From assembly GCF_036321535.1 (NCBI RefSeq), contig NC_087437.1, positions 98,210,001-98,274,000 of the forward strand: 64,000 bases of DNA. The letters run 5' to 3'. Numbering within the stretch: the first letter of the stretch is position 1; every line of letters starts with the position of its first letter. Of the stretch, positions 41,527 to 53,837 are shown piece after piece. Below the pieces are notes generated by a model. It was not told where the DNA came from. It ran no database searches and was given only the letters and a program-made list of their open reading frames with translations. The stretch is from Camelus dromedarius (Eukaryota). The translations under genes were made by a program, and so were the position numbers.

Positions 41527-41559
41527 CTGTCATGTCTACCCTATTTATTCAAAAACAAA

Positions 41560-41638
41560 AAAAGAAGAAGAAAGAAAGAAAAGAAAAGGAGGGGAGGGGG
41601 AGACAGGAAGGAAGGAAAAAAGGAAGGAAGAAAAAAAG
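41560..41638. repeat. GA-rich low-complexity tract
   Basis: aagaaagaaagaaaagaaaaggaggggaggggg...gaaggaagg. Confidence 0.85.
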
Positions 41639-43004
41639 ATCTCTTTCCTAATTTTTATTTAAGACAGAATTTAACTTTCCGTCATTATTTTTGCTGTATC
41701 ATCTCTCTCTTTAATTGAAATAAATGCACACATAGCAACATAAAGTCCTGAAGGCAATTTGGTAACTTGTCTTTCCTTGATCATAAAAAAAATTAGTCTA
41801 ATACATATATTTCTAATTTTAAAGTTGCATTTAAAACTATACCACTAGTACATTTCTTTTTGTTATTTATACCTTATCAGAGCAAAAAAAAAAAAAACTT
41901 TGTGTTAATTATCTCAACTCATGGAGGTCTTTACAAACAAAATAATAAATCAGAGTTTTATTCAAAATTACTTATAATAACTGCCTTTTGTCTTGTTCTA
42001 GAGAATAAGAGTACTGTGCATAGCAAAAGTCCCCGGGCTGTGTTTGTTTCATGCGGTAACCTGCATCTAGGATGAAGTCACTCCATAGACTTATTCTTTA
42101 GAAAATAGAGCTCCTTAGGGCAGCATGACCCAAGTTGCACAGGAATGTAAATTAAAATGATCGAGAATTTCTCTCTTTCTATAAAACAAATATTTTACTA
42201 CATCGCATACTAGAATAGCCTTTCTCACGTCCAACCCAGAAATATTAACATCTATCATGTATAATTAAATACTCAAAGCCTATTTGTAAGGCAAAAGCAG
42301 CAGTAGAAATGTCATCACTTACATTTAGTTACATTTTCGAAAGAATGTGATTAATGAAACAGAAGTATCCTCACTGAGAGCTTCTGCCCTATGACAGTGA
42401 CAGTTGTATCAGAACAAACTACATGTAACATTTATCTTCATTTTGCTCCGGTATCTGCTGAGTGCGATGTCTGGGCATGTGTGAGATGTGCAGAGAGATT
42501 GACAGTTTCTTTGGCATTGATGTGACCTTTGTCTAGGCTTTCTCTTACTTGACTGACCCCTTCCTCATACCTGCTGTCAGTGACTTTGAAGAAATGCCTA
42601 GCCGGGCCATTTGACATGCCCTCTGTTAGACCAGGGATAAGCCGGCTACTCACAGCCCAGTTCGAGTCAGTTTTAAGAGCGTTCCTATTCTGCCTCATAC
42701 CCTTGACCTCTCAGAGTCGGTGCTGTAAGCATCAGGTTGCCAGGACATGCTGAACTTTTTCTGCGACGGAGTCCAGTCAACAACTTTATGACAGTCCTTC
42801 TGGACTAAGCGTTGCCTGATACCTACAGGTTGGTCATGAGACAGTCAGGAGATTGGAAATGTACTGCTTGACTAGGTTTTCAGATTGATAACAAGAGGGT
42901 AAGCAACTCTGTCATTCAGAAGGTTCCAAAGTCCAGGGGTCATTCAACAGCCGAGTACAGCAGCCACTCTTCCCAAGTTTGGGAGTTCTCCCACCAACTG
43001 AAGC

Positions 43005-43018
43005 CCAGTAGGGGGCAG
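43005..43018 (+). promoter_or_regulatory. CTCF motif
   Basis: CCAGTAGGGGGCAG is an exact match to CCASYAGRKGGCRS. A weaker site CCTGCAGGCGGCAC lies at 43115-43128. Confidence 0.6.
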
Positions 43019-44245
43019 CTTCCTTAAGCTAAACCTAAAAGACCATAGCCTGCTCAGCTCAAAGCCAAACGAAAAGGCAAGGTTGCCCAAGAGTCACAAG
43101 ACGGTTGGAAAATCCCTGCAGGCGGCACATGCTGTAACAGAAGGTGCCTCATGACCCTGTGGGAAGGACATCAAAGAAGAATGTGGGGGTGAAGCCAGAA
43201 TCTGCACATTAAATCAGGGAGGATTGTTTGGACTTCCAGTTTAGATAGAGAATAGTGATTTCTCTCTTATTTTTGTTGTTTTGTTAATTTGTGAATGAAA
43301 ATAGAAGTTCTTTCTCTGGCCTCACTGCATCCCTGCTCTTTAAACTGCTGGGCAGTCATTGAAACCTTTCCATTGCCAAGATGCTCCTGACGGGGGCAAT
43401 ATTGAACCTGGCCAGGGGATGGCTTGCCTCATCCTGGCCGTGGCTTCCCTGTGCATGGGACACCGTGGCCTCACAGAACAGGACTTCACTGTCCTTAAAA
43501 GGAAAAATGCCAGCACATTGGAGAGCTGGACTGAGCCAGTGAAGTAACCCTTGAGAAGCACTAGGTGCGTCTTTAAATGGTTCCTGTTTACTTGCCCGAG
43601 GAGAGATTATGAGAAGGAAATAAGATCACATTTTTACATGTTTTTATATGCAAGTTATCACCAAAACCACATACTACTTTGAATCAAACAAACTTAAAGT
43701 GATGTACAGTTTTAATATCTGTTTAGTTAATCAGAATATGTATTAATAAATAATAAAATACATTCTATTTGCATTTTAGGGAGCATATATACTGTATATA
43801 CTCACAAATATTTAAATATAGGCAGTATGTTTGGCAGGGAAAATCTTAAACTTTTCAGAGGTCTTCATTATACTGGAGAATTTTGAAGAAAAATAGACTT
43901 AGTAAAACAGCTTTTTACTTAATCACAGAAAAACAAATAGTTTTCTAAACTCTGAAGAAAAATAGATATATTAGGTTATAAACTATAAAATGCCTTTCTC
44001 ATTGCAGACCTCCATCTTCTGATAGCATTGCTTGCTTTAGTAACTGTGTAATATTAAGAATCTTGGGAAACAGTACAAAGGATAGGAAAAGTTTTATATT
44101 TACATACATGCAGGTATATGCTTGTATGTAAGTCTAAATAATGAGAATCTAATAAACCTATGTCAATATCAATACTTTAATACTGCTTGGAATAGCTTAG
44201 GAGCTTATATTAATTAAAAAAAATCCCAATTTACTATAATTTTAA

Positions 44246-44249
<4 letters not shown>

Positions 44250-44292
<43 letters not shown>
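44250..44292. repeat. (TA)n microsatellite, about 21 units
   Basis: Perfect dinucleotide run. Confidence 0.97.
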
Positions 44293-44297
<5 letters not shown>

Positions 44298-44299
44298 GG

Positions 44300-44522
44300 G
44301 AGAATGATACGTGACAATTGAATTATATAGCTACAAGCCAAGGAACACCAAAGATTGCCAGCGAACCACCAGAGGCTAGGAAGAATCAAGGAAGGGTCCG
44401 CCTACAGGTTGCAGAGGGAGCATGGCCCTGATGACACCTTGATTCCAGGTTTCCAGCCTCCAGACCTGTGAGATAATTAATTTCTATTGTTTTGTTATGT
44501 CAGCCCCTGAAAATGAATACAG
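44300..44522 (+). mobile_element. MLT1 LTR 3' part
   Basis: caagccaaggaacaccaaagattgccagc...gacaccttgattccaggtttccagcctccagacctgtgaga...aataca. Confidence 0.85.
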
Positions 44523-45659
44523 ATGCTTTGATCAAGTCATTAGTCTTCACCTAAAATGCCCTTGTCCACAGGTCCTAACACACCATCTTATTCCAGGAGA
44601 CCCGATACACGTCTCATGGGACTCCTCATTGTCCCTCACATTTTGATGTTCCCTGAGGGACCTCAAACAATCCTACAGTCTCAGCCATCGCCAAAATGTT
44701 AGGGCCTCTGGAGTTCACATCTGTGGTTTCAATCTCTCTCCGAAGATCCGTGGGCCAACCAACTCACTATCTTTCTCTGCAGCAGACCAAACTCAGTCAT
44801 ATTCAGACCCTTTCAAAGATAACTCATCTTTCCCCCATGTCCCTAAGGCTAATGTTCTCTCAGAGTTCTACAACAAATCTTGTCACCTCCTTTATTTTCA
44901 TCATATCCTTAAGAGCAAGAAATACATTTTTGTGAACCATGGTCCTAAAGGGGAGTTGGAAGCATCTTGAAAACTCTGACTAATTTGGCACGTTTTTCCT
45001 TCCCTCCTCCCATTGCTCTCATTGCCTGGTTGGGACCATGGCATCTCCTACAGCCCAGGGTTGCTTCCAAAAGGGCCTCTATTTGGGAATAAGCCTTTCT
45101 CTCTCTCTTTGGCCTCACGCAAAGGACAGGAAACTATTCAGGTGAAGATGCCTATGGGAAGGATACAGACCAGACCAAGAAGAGGAAACAAGAGCAAAGC
45201 AAGGACTGTCTGCCTTTGAGGCCACCAGGAAGGGATCCACATCTCTTCATCATCCCAAATTCCTTTCTTTTGAAGCTTTAAACAAAATTTATACTACTTT
45301 GGAACAACTTTAACAGTATAATAAGGTTCAGAACAATCAGGAAAAATGTGTTTTTGTATTTATTTATTTTGGTGTCCAGAAAATGGCATTTTATATAAAA
45401 ATAGGAAAGTAACTTTTTTCAGTCATGCAAATTAGGAGAACTGATAAGTCTAGGGTCTAAACAACGAGTTAAACTAAGACTAAGTATGAATTTTACAAAC
45501 AAAAAGTGTAGATCATTAAACAGCTATTGAAACATTTCTTTTACTTGCTCATATTCATCTTCATTGCTAAAATACCAAAACGATACCACATTAAAGTGAT
45601 GAGGCCCATCTTCATCCATCCAGTAAGTGGCTGAGTGTCATATATGGTTACTACATTTT

Positions 45660-45897
45660 TCTGGTAAGGGATCCCTTCCTGATTCACAGCCAGCACCTCC
45701 TTGCTGTGTTCTCACCTGGTGGAAGGGGCCAGGGATATCTCTGAGACCTCTTAACAAGGCACTAATCTCATTCATGAGGGCTCCACCGACATATGTAAGT
45801 ACCTCCCAAAGGCCACACTTACTAGTTCTACCTGCTTTGGGGGTCAGGATTTCAACATATGAACTTTGGGGGGATGCAAACATTCAGACCACAGCAA
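45660..45897 (-). mobile_element. MLT1A-like LTR fragment
   Basis: ggcactaatctcattcatgagggctccacc...ggatttcaacatatgaactttgggggg...aacattcagaccacagca. Confidence 0.85.
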
Positions 45898-47460
45898 CCA
45901 TAAAAGAAGATATAAATCAATGGAAGCTACAATGTTGCACAGATATGACATCTCAAATTACTTTATAGATTAAATACAACTCAGTAAATTTTTAAAAATT
46001 ATTTGATTTTGACAAATTGATTTTTTTATATTATATAGGTGAGAATTGCCAAAATAGTTTTGAGTAAGAAGAGTATTGGGAAAGGGACATTTTTTTCACA
46101 GTAACAGCTACATTAAAAAGATATAATGTCTGGGATAGACAGATAATTCAATGGGACAGAAAAAACCAGTGCAGCAAAAGACTCAAATATTTATAAAATT
46201 GTAGTAAATATGAAGCCGAAATTGTAAATTAGTGGGGAAAGGTGTTATTCAATAAATTGTTACAGGGAAAATTTTTCAATATTTTGGGATAAAGCATGCA
46301 GTAAAATAAATTCCAGCTGAATTAAATAGATACAGAGGAATGATAACACGAGAAAATACGGCTAGCTGTTCATGTGATATTACCATGAGAAGTTCTAAGT
46401 ATTAAGCCCAAGTAAGAAATTGCAAGGCAGTATTTTGAGGTGTGGTTTCTTAACTACTCCATTTAGAATCAGCTGGGTTACTTGCTAAAAGCAGTCATCA
46501 GAGCCACACCAAAGGAATAATGAATAATACTCCCTGATAGTGGGGCCCAGGAATTTGTGTTTTAACGAACACACCCGGAGATCCCAATGCACGGTAAATC
46601 TGAGAATCACTGTTAGGCAGGTATGAACATTTCTATAAAATAAGAATGCAAAATCGAGTCAAAAGGAAACCTGGCAAAAACAAATTGCAAGGTTATATGG
46701 CAAAGAGTTGAATAATAATAAATCCACAGAAAAAAACAAATTAGTAAGAAAACTTGGACTCTGCCAAAAGAAAAGCGGGCAAAGGAGGGGAATAGGCAAT
46801 TCCAAATAGAAGAAGAAAAAGTCGAATAAGCACGCACACGCAGATTCAGTTCTCAGTTGCAAAATAAACTCAGATTCAGGCTGCTTTACAAGTTGAGAAA
46901 GATGTTTTTAAGTATAATGACTAGTATTGGCAAATGAACTTGTCCCTCTCAAATATCATGTAAGAGTTTCATGTGATACAGTCTTGCTGGAGAGCTAGTC
47001 AACAATATGAATCAAGTATCTAAAAATTATTGACATCTTCTGACCTAGTAATTTTCGTCTTTGGGAATTATCCTGAGAAAATAATCAGACCTGCATCAAA
47101 TATTTATGCACAAGGATGAATAAATAAAAGCAAGGGTTAACCCATGGTCTTATGCACAACAATGAAAAATGAAAACAAAAATTCCTCAAATTATTTAATT
47201 TAGAAAATGCTCATGATGTAATTCTGAGTACAAAAGAATAAGACACACAACATTTCCCAGATATATGATTCCAAGCTTTTTAAATATATATATTGTATAA
47301 TATACATAAATATAAATAAATATATAAATATATATTTTAAATATATTTAGAAAAGGTACTGGGAAAATATTCTCAGAGAATTTTAATAATATATAATATT
47401 TTCAACTTTCTTTATTTTTTTCTCCATTTTCCAAGTTTTCTGCAAAGGAAATATGTTATT
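45898..47460 (+). mobile_element. Very old L1 (L1ME-like) 3' region, interrupted by a MER5-like element at about 46428-46612
   Basis: Decayed ORF2/3'UTR text (ggtgttattcaataaattgttacaggg; atatttatgcacaaggatg). MER5 motif gggcccaggaatttgtgttttaac...tgagaatcactg. Confidence 0.6.
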
Positions 47461-47663
47461 TATTGATAAAAAATTAACAAAGAAGTGATTAATATATTTC
47501 CTCAAACAATACTGGCATACCATAAAATATTTTTGGAGCTTTCATTTGGAAGTTTATCCAGTCCTGTTTCAGCCATAAACACACACATGCATGAAACTGG
47601 CCTGTTTTTTTATAATTAGTGCCTTTGTTGGGGGGTGTTGGGGGGTGTCAAACATTCAGATAG

Positions 47664-48146
47664 TGCTATGGACTAAATGGAGACCCTCAAAAATTCGTAT
47701 GTTGAAATCTGAAACCCTAATATGACTGTGTTTGGAGATAAAGTCTTTAGGAGGAAATTAAGGTCAGATGAGGTCACATGAGTTGAATAATAATAAATCA
47801 ACAGAAAATCTAATCTAATCTAATAGGACTGGTGGATTTATAAGAAGTATTAAGGACCTTTCTCTCTCCCTCTCCTTCCCCCCTCCCTCTCCCTCTCTCC
47901 CACCCTCTCTCCCTCTTTTCCTCTCCCTCTCTCCTCTCTCTCTCTTCCATGCTCACACACCAAGAGAGCACACAGCGAGATGGCAGCCCCCTACAAGCTA
48001 AAAGAATAGGCCTCAGAATAAAACCTACCTTGCTGACACCTTGACCTTGGATGTCCCAGCTTCTAGACCTATGAGAAATAAATTTCTGTTGTTTAAGCTA
48101 CCCAGTCTACAATATTCTGTTATGGCCGCCAAAGATGACTGATACA
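47664..48146 (+). mobile_element. MLT1A/B-like solo LTR with internal CT-rich tract
   Basis: tgctatggactaaatg...gagaaataaatttctgttgtttaagctacccagtct...gactgataca. Confidence 0.9.
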
Positions 48147-48360
48147 AGTAGTTTTATCAATCGCATCATCCTGCTGGTTTTAAACAATTTTGTCAGTTTG
48201 CAAGATTCAAATCTACTTATCAAGAAGTATGATAAAGCACTTCTGTGGGTACTAACAGAAATATGCTTAAAAAATTTTTTTTCATGAGAGAATCATCTTG
48301 CAAAGGGAGGGAGCTACTTAGAAGGAAACACCATTTCTTTGAGTACAGTTCTATTTACTT

Positions 48361-49184
48361 TTTTTTCCATTTTTTTTTATTGAAGTATAGTCAGTTTACA
48401 ATGTGGTGTCAATTTCTGATGTACAGCATAATGTTCCAGTCATATATATACATACATATATTCCTTTTCATATTCTTTTTCAATATAGGTTATTATAAGA
48501 TATTAAATATAGTTTCCTGTTCTATACAGTAGGACCTAGTTGTTCATCTAGTTTATATATAGTAGTGTGTATCTGCAAATCCCAAACTCCCAGTTTATCC
48601 CTCCCCACCTCCTTTCCCTATGGTAACCATAAGTTTGTTTTCTATGTCTGTGAGTCTGTTCTGTTTTGTAAATAAGTTCACTTGTGTCTTTTTTTGTTGT
48701 TGTTTAGATTCCATATATAACTGATACGGTATTTTTCTTTATCTTTCTGGTGTACTTCATTTAGTATGATAATCTCTAGGTCCATCCATGTTGCTGCAAA
48801 TTGCATTGTTTCATTCTTTTTTATGGCTGAGTAGTATTCCATCATATATTATACCACATCTTCTTTATCCAATCATTTGTCAGTGGACATTTAGGGTGCT
48901 TCCATGTCATAGCTGTTGTAAATAGTGCTGCTGTGAACACTGGGGTGCATGTATCTTTTTGAATTAGAGTTTCCTCCAGATATGTGCCCAGGAATGGGAT
49001 AGCTGAATCAAATGGTAAGCCTATTTCTCACTTTTTGAGGAATCTCCATGCTATTTTCCATAATGGTTGCACCAAACTGCATTCCCACTGACTGTGTATA
49101 GGAGGGTTCCCTTTTTTCCATGCCCTCTCCACCATTTATTGTTTGTGGACTTTTTAATAATGGCCATTCTGACCAATGTGAGGG
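48361..49184 (-). mobile_element. 5'-truncated L1 (cetartiodactyl-type) with perfect 11-bp TSD
   Basis: Poly-T head. TSD tctatttactt at 48350-48360 and 49185-49195. Confidence 0.93.
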
Positions 49185-50201
49185 TCTATTTACTTATTAA
49201 ACAATCTTGTCACACTTCACATAAGAGTGAATTGAAAGAGGATCAAAATCACTGACTGCAGGTTTTTAAGCTTTTCAGTGACTTTGCTGATTTATTGAAT
49301 CTTTGAATATTAATTATTAGATTTAGAATTAATTACAAATAAATTTAACAATTCTATATTTGTATTTTAGCTTGCCTTGGACTGGGTAGAGGAACAAAGG
49401 AGATTTCAAACAGGTAAGTTTTAGATCTAAGCTATTCTGTAAAATCATAATCACCCAAAAGAAACATCTTAGTGTTTAAAATGTCCATTTTGGGTGTATG
49501 TTTTACAAAGGAGAGATTCAATTATTTCTACTTTATTATATACTTCATATATAATATGAGAAGAAATAACTTCTCATTAGGCCTAGGTCTACTCCGTAGG
49601 AGAAACATGAAGACATTTTAAAGGCTGGCTGCCTACCCCTCATCCTACCTTTCCAAACAGTCACTTTTTTCTGAGCAACTTATTGAAAGTGAAGACTAGA
49701 TCCATGGATAAATGTATGTACACAGAGATACACATACACATGTTCTTTATACATATATATTAATATGAATTCATATTACATATGTGTGTATATATAATAT
49801 ACTATATATGTATCTCTACACATATATATTTTCATCTGCTTGGTTTAGGAACCGAGTATCTATTCACTTTACAGAAAACTTTAGGAAGTATTTATTTTTC
49901 AAATGTCACATAGAAGAGCACAGTTCAGTGTGGGTCAGCCACTTTCTAAGTGGCCAATAAGCCACATATGGATAGCAGATAACCTATTAGAACAAATCTA
50001 CATAAAGGGCATTGTATTTATTTATGTGTTTATTGTATTGTAGTTGCAATTTTCTGTAGGTTTAAAATTTTTCAAAATAGAAAGTTGGAGGGGAGAGACA
50101 TGCAGAAATACTTCCAATCACATTCATTCTGCTTCAAATAGTTTACTCTTTCTAATCCCTGCGGGGACATATTTAATGCACTAGCATTTTTGCTTTTTGA
50201 G

Positions 50202-50377
50202 CAGTGGTATCCCCTCGGGACCGTATTATGGTCTTTCTATTCTTTGCATAGTTTCATGGCTCTTAAAAAAATGATGTCACTCGTAATAAGCAAACTAACC
50301 ACTAGTGACACGAAAATGGGAAAAGGGTCCTTGGCGTGGCTCAAAAAGTCCTGTGTATAATTTTTAAATCAGCACTG
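50202..50377. mobile_element. hAT-Charlie-like MER fossil
   Basis: Termini cagtggt...agcactg; internal gggtccttggcg...aaaaagt. Confidence 0.45.
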
Positions 50378-51721
50378 CAATTTGTGGTCCAGCAAGGGAG
50401 ATGGTGTCTTGCTTGATTGCTCTGCCAATAAGAACTCGTCATTCTTGTCAAGAACCAGAATCACAGCTTCTGCACTCTGGTTCTGGGAGACAGAGTCTTC
50501 TCTGACCTCGTCTGTCTCCCCTGACAAGGAGACAAATTTTAGCTTGTCCAAGAAAAGATAACCCCTGCTGCCTCCTTGCTTGGAAGGGAAAACACATTCT
50601 CCTTCCTAGGAGAGGCTGAAAGAAGAGTTGAGTACAAAGGAGTATATAAAGCGTCTTCATTTTCAACTGGTCTCTCTTTCATGTTTAGGCTGAGTGCAGC
50701 CTTGCCTTGAGTGATGGTGACAACATACTGCATTTCCCTTTCTTGCTCAATTCGTCATTTACTTTGACAACAGCATCTTCTCAGTAATAAGAATCAATTC
50801 TAATTTACCCCCATTTACTTAACAAAAATATGGGCTGCTTGTTGATAAGACTGCCACATAATTTTTTGTGATTCAGAATGCTGAAGTTTGGGGGAGAGGG
50901 AAAAACAGAGAGAAACAGCTTTCACCGGAGGAAAAAATACAGAGCAGTAATGCAGCCACCCTAATTTGAATGGAACAAAGCCAAGACTTGTACTTCTTGT
51001 TCTTTTAAAGTACTTTTCTGACATACCTGAGTTCTTGCAGTCCCAGAGACTGATTAGAGACAAGAAGACTGTGATTGTTTTAGAACTCCAAAACTCCTGC
51101 CAGGATTGACTCTGAATATCGGAGAGATCCTTGTGGAAGAGGATGTGAGGAGATTTTGTTAGCCAGCTCCTAGCTGCATAGCCAGACTTTTAAGATGAAA
51201 GTTAAGAATGAAAACTTATTGTAGCTCCTCCAATGAAGGAAGGAAGAAAAGCTCTTTGTTCTTGATTCAGAAAAAGGTGTTTCAATGTAATGAAAATTTT
51301 AATTTGTGGGTGGATTAAAACACTCCTTTATTAAGTCTTTATAACTTTATCAGTATTCTTAATTAAGAACATGTAAAATATATGCATATATATTTAGTCC
51401 CAAACTTGACGTTTAAAGGCAATCTCTGTGCACTCTTTATTTATATCTTTTAAAATTGAATATAATATTTATTCAGATTATTTTCTCTTATTCAATCTTC
51501 AGTGAAGAAAAACAGAATTTTCTTCCTGGGGAAGCAGAGATTTCACACTGGCTTTCACAAAATCAGTTTCACCACTAGATAGAGACTAATTTCCAAAGGG
51601 TCACAGAAAGCTGAAGTTGATTTGTCTTTGTCAAAGCAGACAAGTCGTTAAAGGAAGGAATTGTTGTGAGAATACTTCCCCATAACTGAACTCGGGGAGA
51701 GGGATGGATGAGGTGAAATTT

Positions 51722-51744
51722 ACATACACACACACACACACACA
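51722..51744. repeat. (CA)n microsatellite
   Basis: acatacacacacacacacacaca. Confidence 0.9.
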
Positions 51745-52187
51745 TTCCTTTTCTCCTCATCTGTCTCTTACTCTGCTGTCTCCTCCTTGCCATACTGTCT
51801 GCAGTAGCAAACTTATGAAGGAGGCACCTCAGCTCTGTTGAGAGATACTGAAACCTGAAGGGAAAGGAAATTTGAAATGTGCAAATATATTCTTGTTCAA
51901 CAACTTTGCAGATGATTTTATTACCTTAAGATGTTATGGTTTCTTTGTCTCCTCTCTCTATGTCATTCCTCTGCTGTCAACTGTGGGATCTCACACAAAG
52001 TCACCCAGAGGGCCACACACATTGATACCTGGTGGGGATTTCTTAGTTAGAGCTACTTCATTTAATGGATCCTGGGAAAAGTCAAAGACCAGGATCCATT
52101 AAATGAATGATCACTTCCTGATATTGAAAATAAACCATCTGGAAGAGCCATTTTAAATGAATATGAGGATTCTACCCAAACTTAATA

Positions 52188-52400
52188 CTGCTGACCCTTG
52201 AACAACACAGTGTTGAACTGTGCAGGTCCACTTCCATGTGGATTTTTGTCAATAAATATGTACCACAGTACTACACGATCCACATCGTTTGAATCTATGG
52301 ATGCAGAACCCTGGATACAGAGGGTGAACTGTGAAGTTACATTCAGATTTTTAATGGAGGGGGTTCACCCTCCCCAACCCCGCATCGTTTAAGGGTCACA
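52188..52400. mobile_element. Tigger2a-like element
   Basis: ctgacccttgaacaacac...tttaagggtca; TA flanks; similar to 17184-17357. Confidence 0.8.
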
Positions 52401-53407
52401 TAAGAAGCTTTCTTTTCTCACTTCCTCATGCCAAAAGCAGAAATGGGAAGTACGGCACTCATGAAAAAAAAAAAATGAAGATGTAATAGTTCCAGTTTCA
52501 AAATCTGTCCCAATAAATACAGACATTAGAACTTTAATCTAGTTCTTTTTTCTGGATACCACTTTCAAACATTCTACCAAAGTCTTAATGTATTTTCTGA
52601 ACAAAAATATTTTTTTCTCCCTTAAAGCTAAGCCCTATGGGTAAGGAGGGAACCTGCAAAACTGGTTCTGCTAGCAAACTATAAAACCTTCATGCCCTAT
52701 TTACCACATTAGAAGAGAGCAACGTTCTCCTTTTTTCTCATTCTTGTTTTAGCCTGAACACATGGCTTTTTCTGAAGTTGTGCCAGGCTCAGGTCAGATA
52801 CTATTAGGGCAGTGATGACTCTGGGTTACTGCACACACCACCACCATGGGCTTACCAGTGAGCTCCCCTTAAAGTTTCTATCTGGCCTCATTTTCACGTG
52901 AATGTGTATGTGTGAGCACTTCTGGAAGATATTAAGTAGTTGTGTCATCAATAAATGTTGGTGATGCTTATCTCTCTATTTCTCAGGACTTCAGCATGCA
53001 AGACTTTTGAGATGACCTACTAAGATACAATCTAAGTGACAACTGTTAGAGAAAAAAAGACACAAATTGATTGGGAAAGACATAAGAAGAAGAAAAGAAA
53101 ACGTGGAGGTTCCTTTCTGCAGTATTTGTCTAGGGGGAATGTTCTTGTAGTGCTTATTTTAGAACCCTTGCTAAATTCTTGGTATTTGACTCACTGTAAT
53201 AAATAGCAAATCAAATGCAAAGAATTTAGAATTCATTAGCTGGTGACATCCATGAGTTCAGAATACTTAGTAAAGACTTTATGCAGTAAAAAAAAAAAAA
53301 AAAGAAAGAAAAAGAAAGAAAGAGGGGGAGGGTCCTGGTACAATTTTTTAAAATATATTTTTAGTCCATTCTTATTTCTGAGGGAGTAAAAATATCTCTG
53401 TAGTTCA

Positions 53408-53626
53408 TCTTTTATTTATTTTTTATTTTTTTAGTTTTCAACTTTATTTTTTGTTAGTTTGCATGCTTATTTTTTAAACGGTTTTTTAAATAGATTTTTT
53501 TTTGAAGGGAGGAGGTAATTAGGTTTATTTATTTACTTACTTATTTTTTTAATGGAGGTTCTGGGGATTGAACCCAGGACCTTGTGCATGTTAAGCATGC
53601 ACTCTACCACTGAGCTATACCTTCCC
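53408..53626 (-). mobile_element. tRNA-derived SINE of the camelid Vic-1 type with a long A-rich tail
   Basis: The - strand reads gggaaggtatagctcagtggtagagtgcatgcttaacatgcacaaggtcctgggttcaatccccag...aaacctaattacctcc. A box TAGCTCAGTGG, B box GGTTCAATCC. tagttca is repeated at 53401-53407 and 53633-53639. Confidence 0.88.
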
Positions 53627-53837
53627 TCTTTATAGTTCAAGTCTTGCCTCCACACTGCCTCCTCTACCCTTGACTTACCTCTCTTTTATTCTTCTCTCCT
53701 GTTCTCCTAACCTTCCCCCTCCCATCAAGTATATGACGAAAGAGGTTGTAAAGTTAGCACTTAATAATTTTTAGTCTCATCACCAGCCCTGGCTTAAATG
53801 CTCTTGAAGTTTTTCCTAGTAAAATCAAGTAGCTGTC

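Noticed and set aside
42654..42822. - strand exon (cctgtag|...GCT|gtgagt), possibly joined to a donor near 57419 and to the 60-nt exon
   Set aside because: The polypyrimidine tract is weak, all three frames contain stops, and nothing independent links the pieces.
53555..53626. tRNA gene
   Set aside because: A and B boxes are present, but they are followed by a SINE body, an A-rich tail and a TSD. It is a SINE head.
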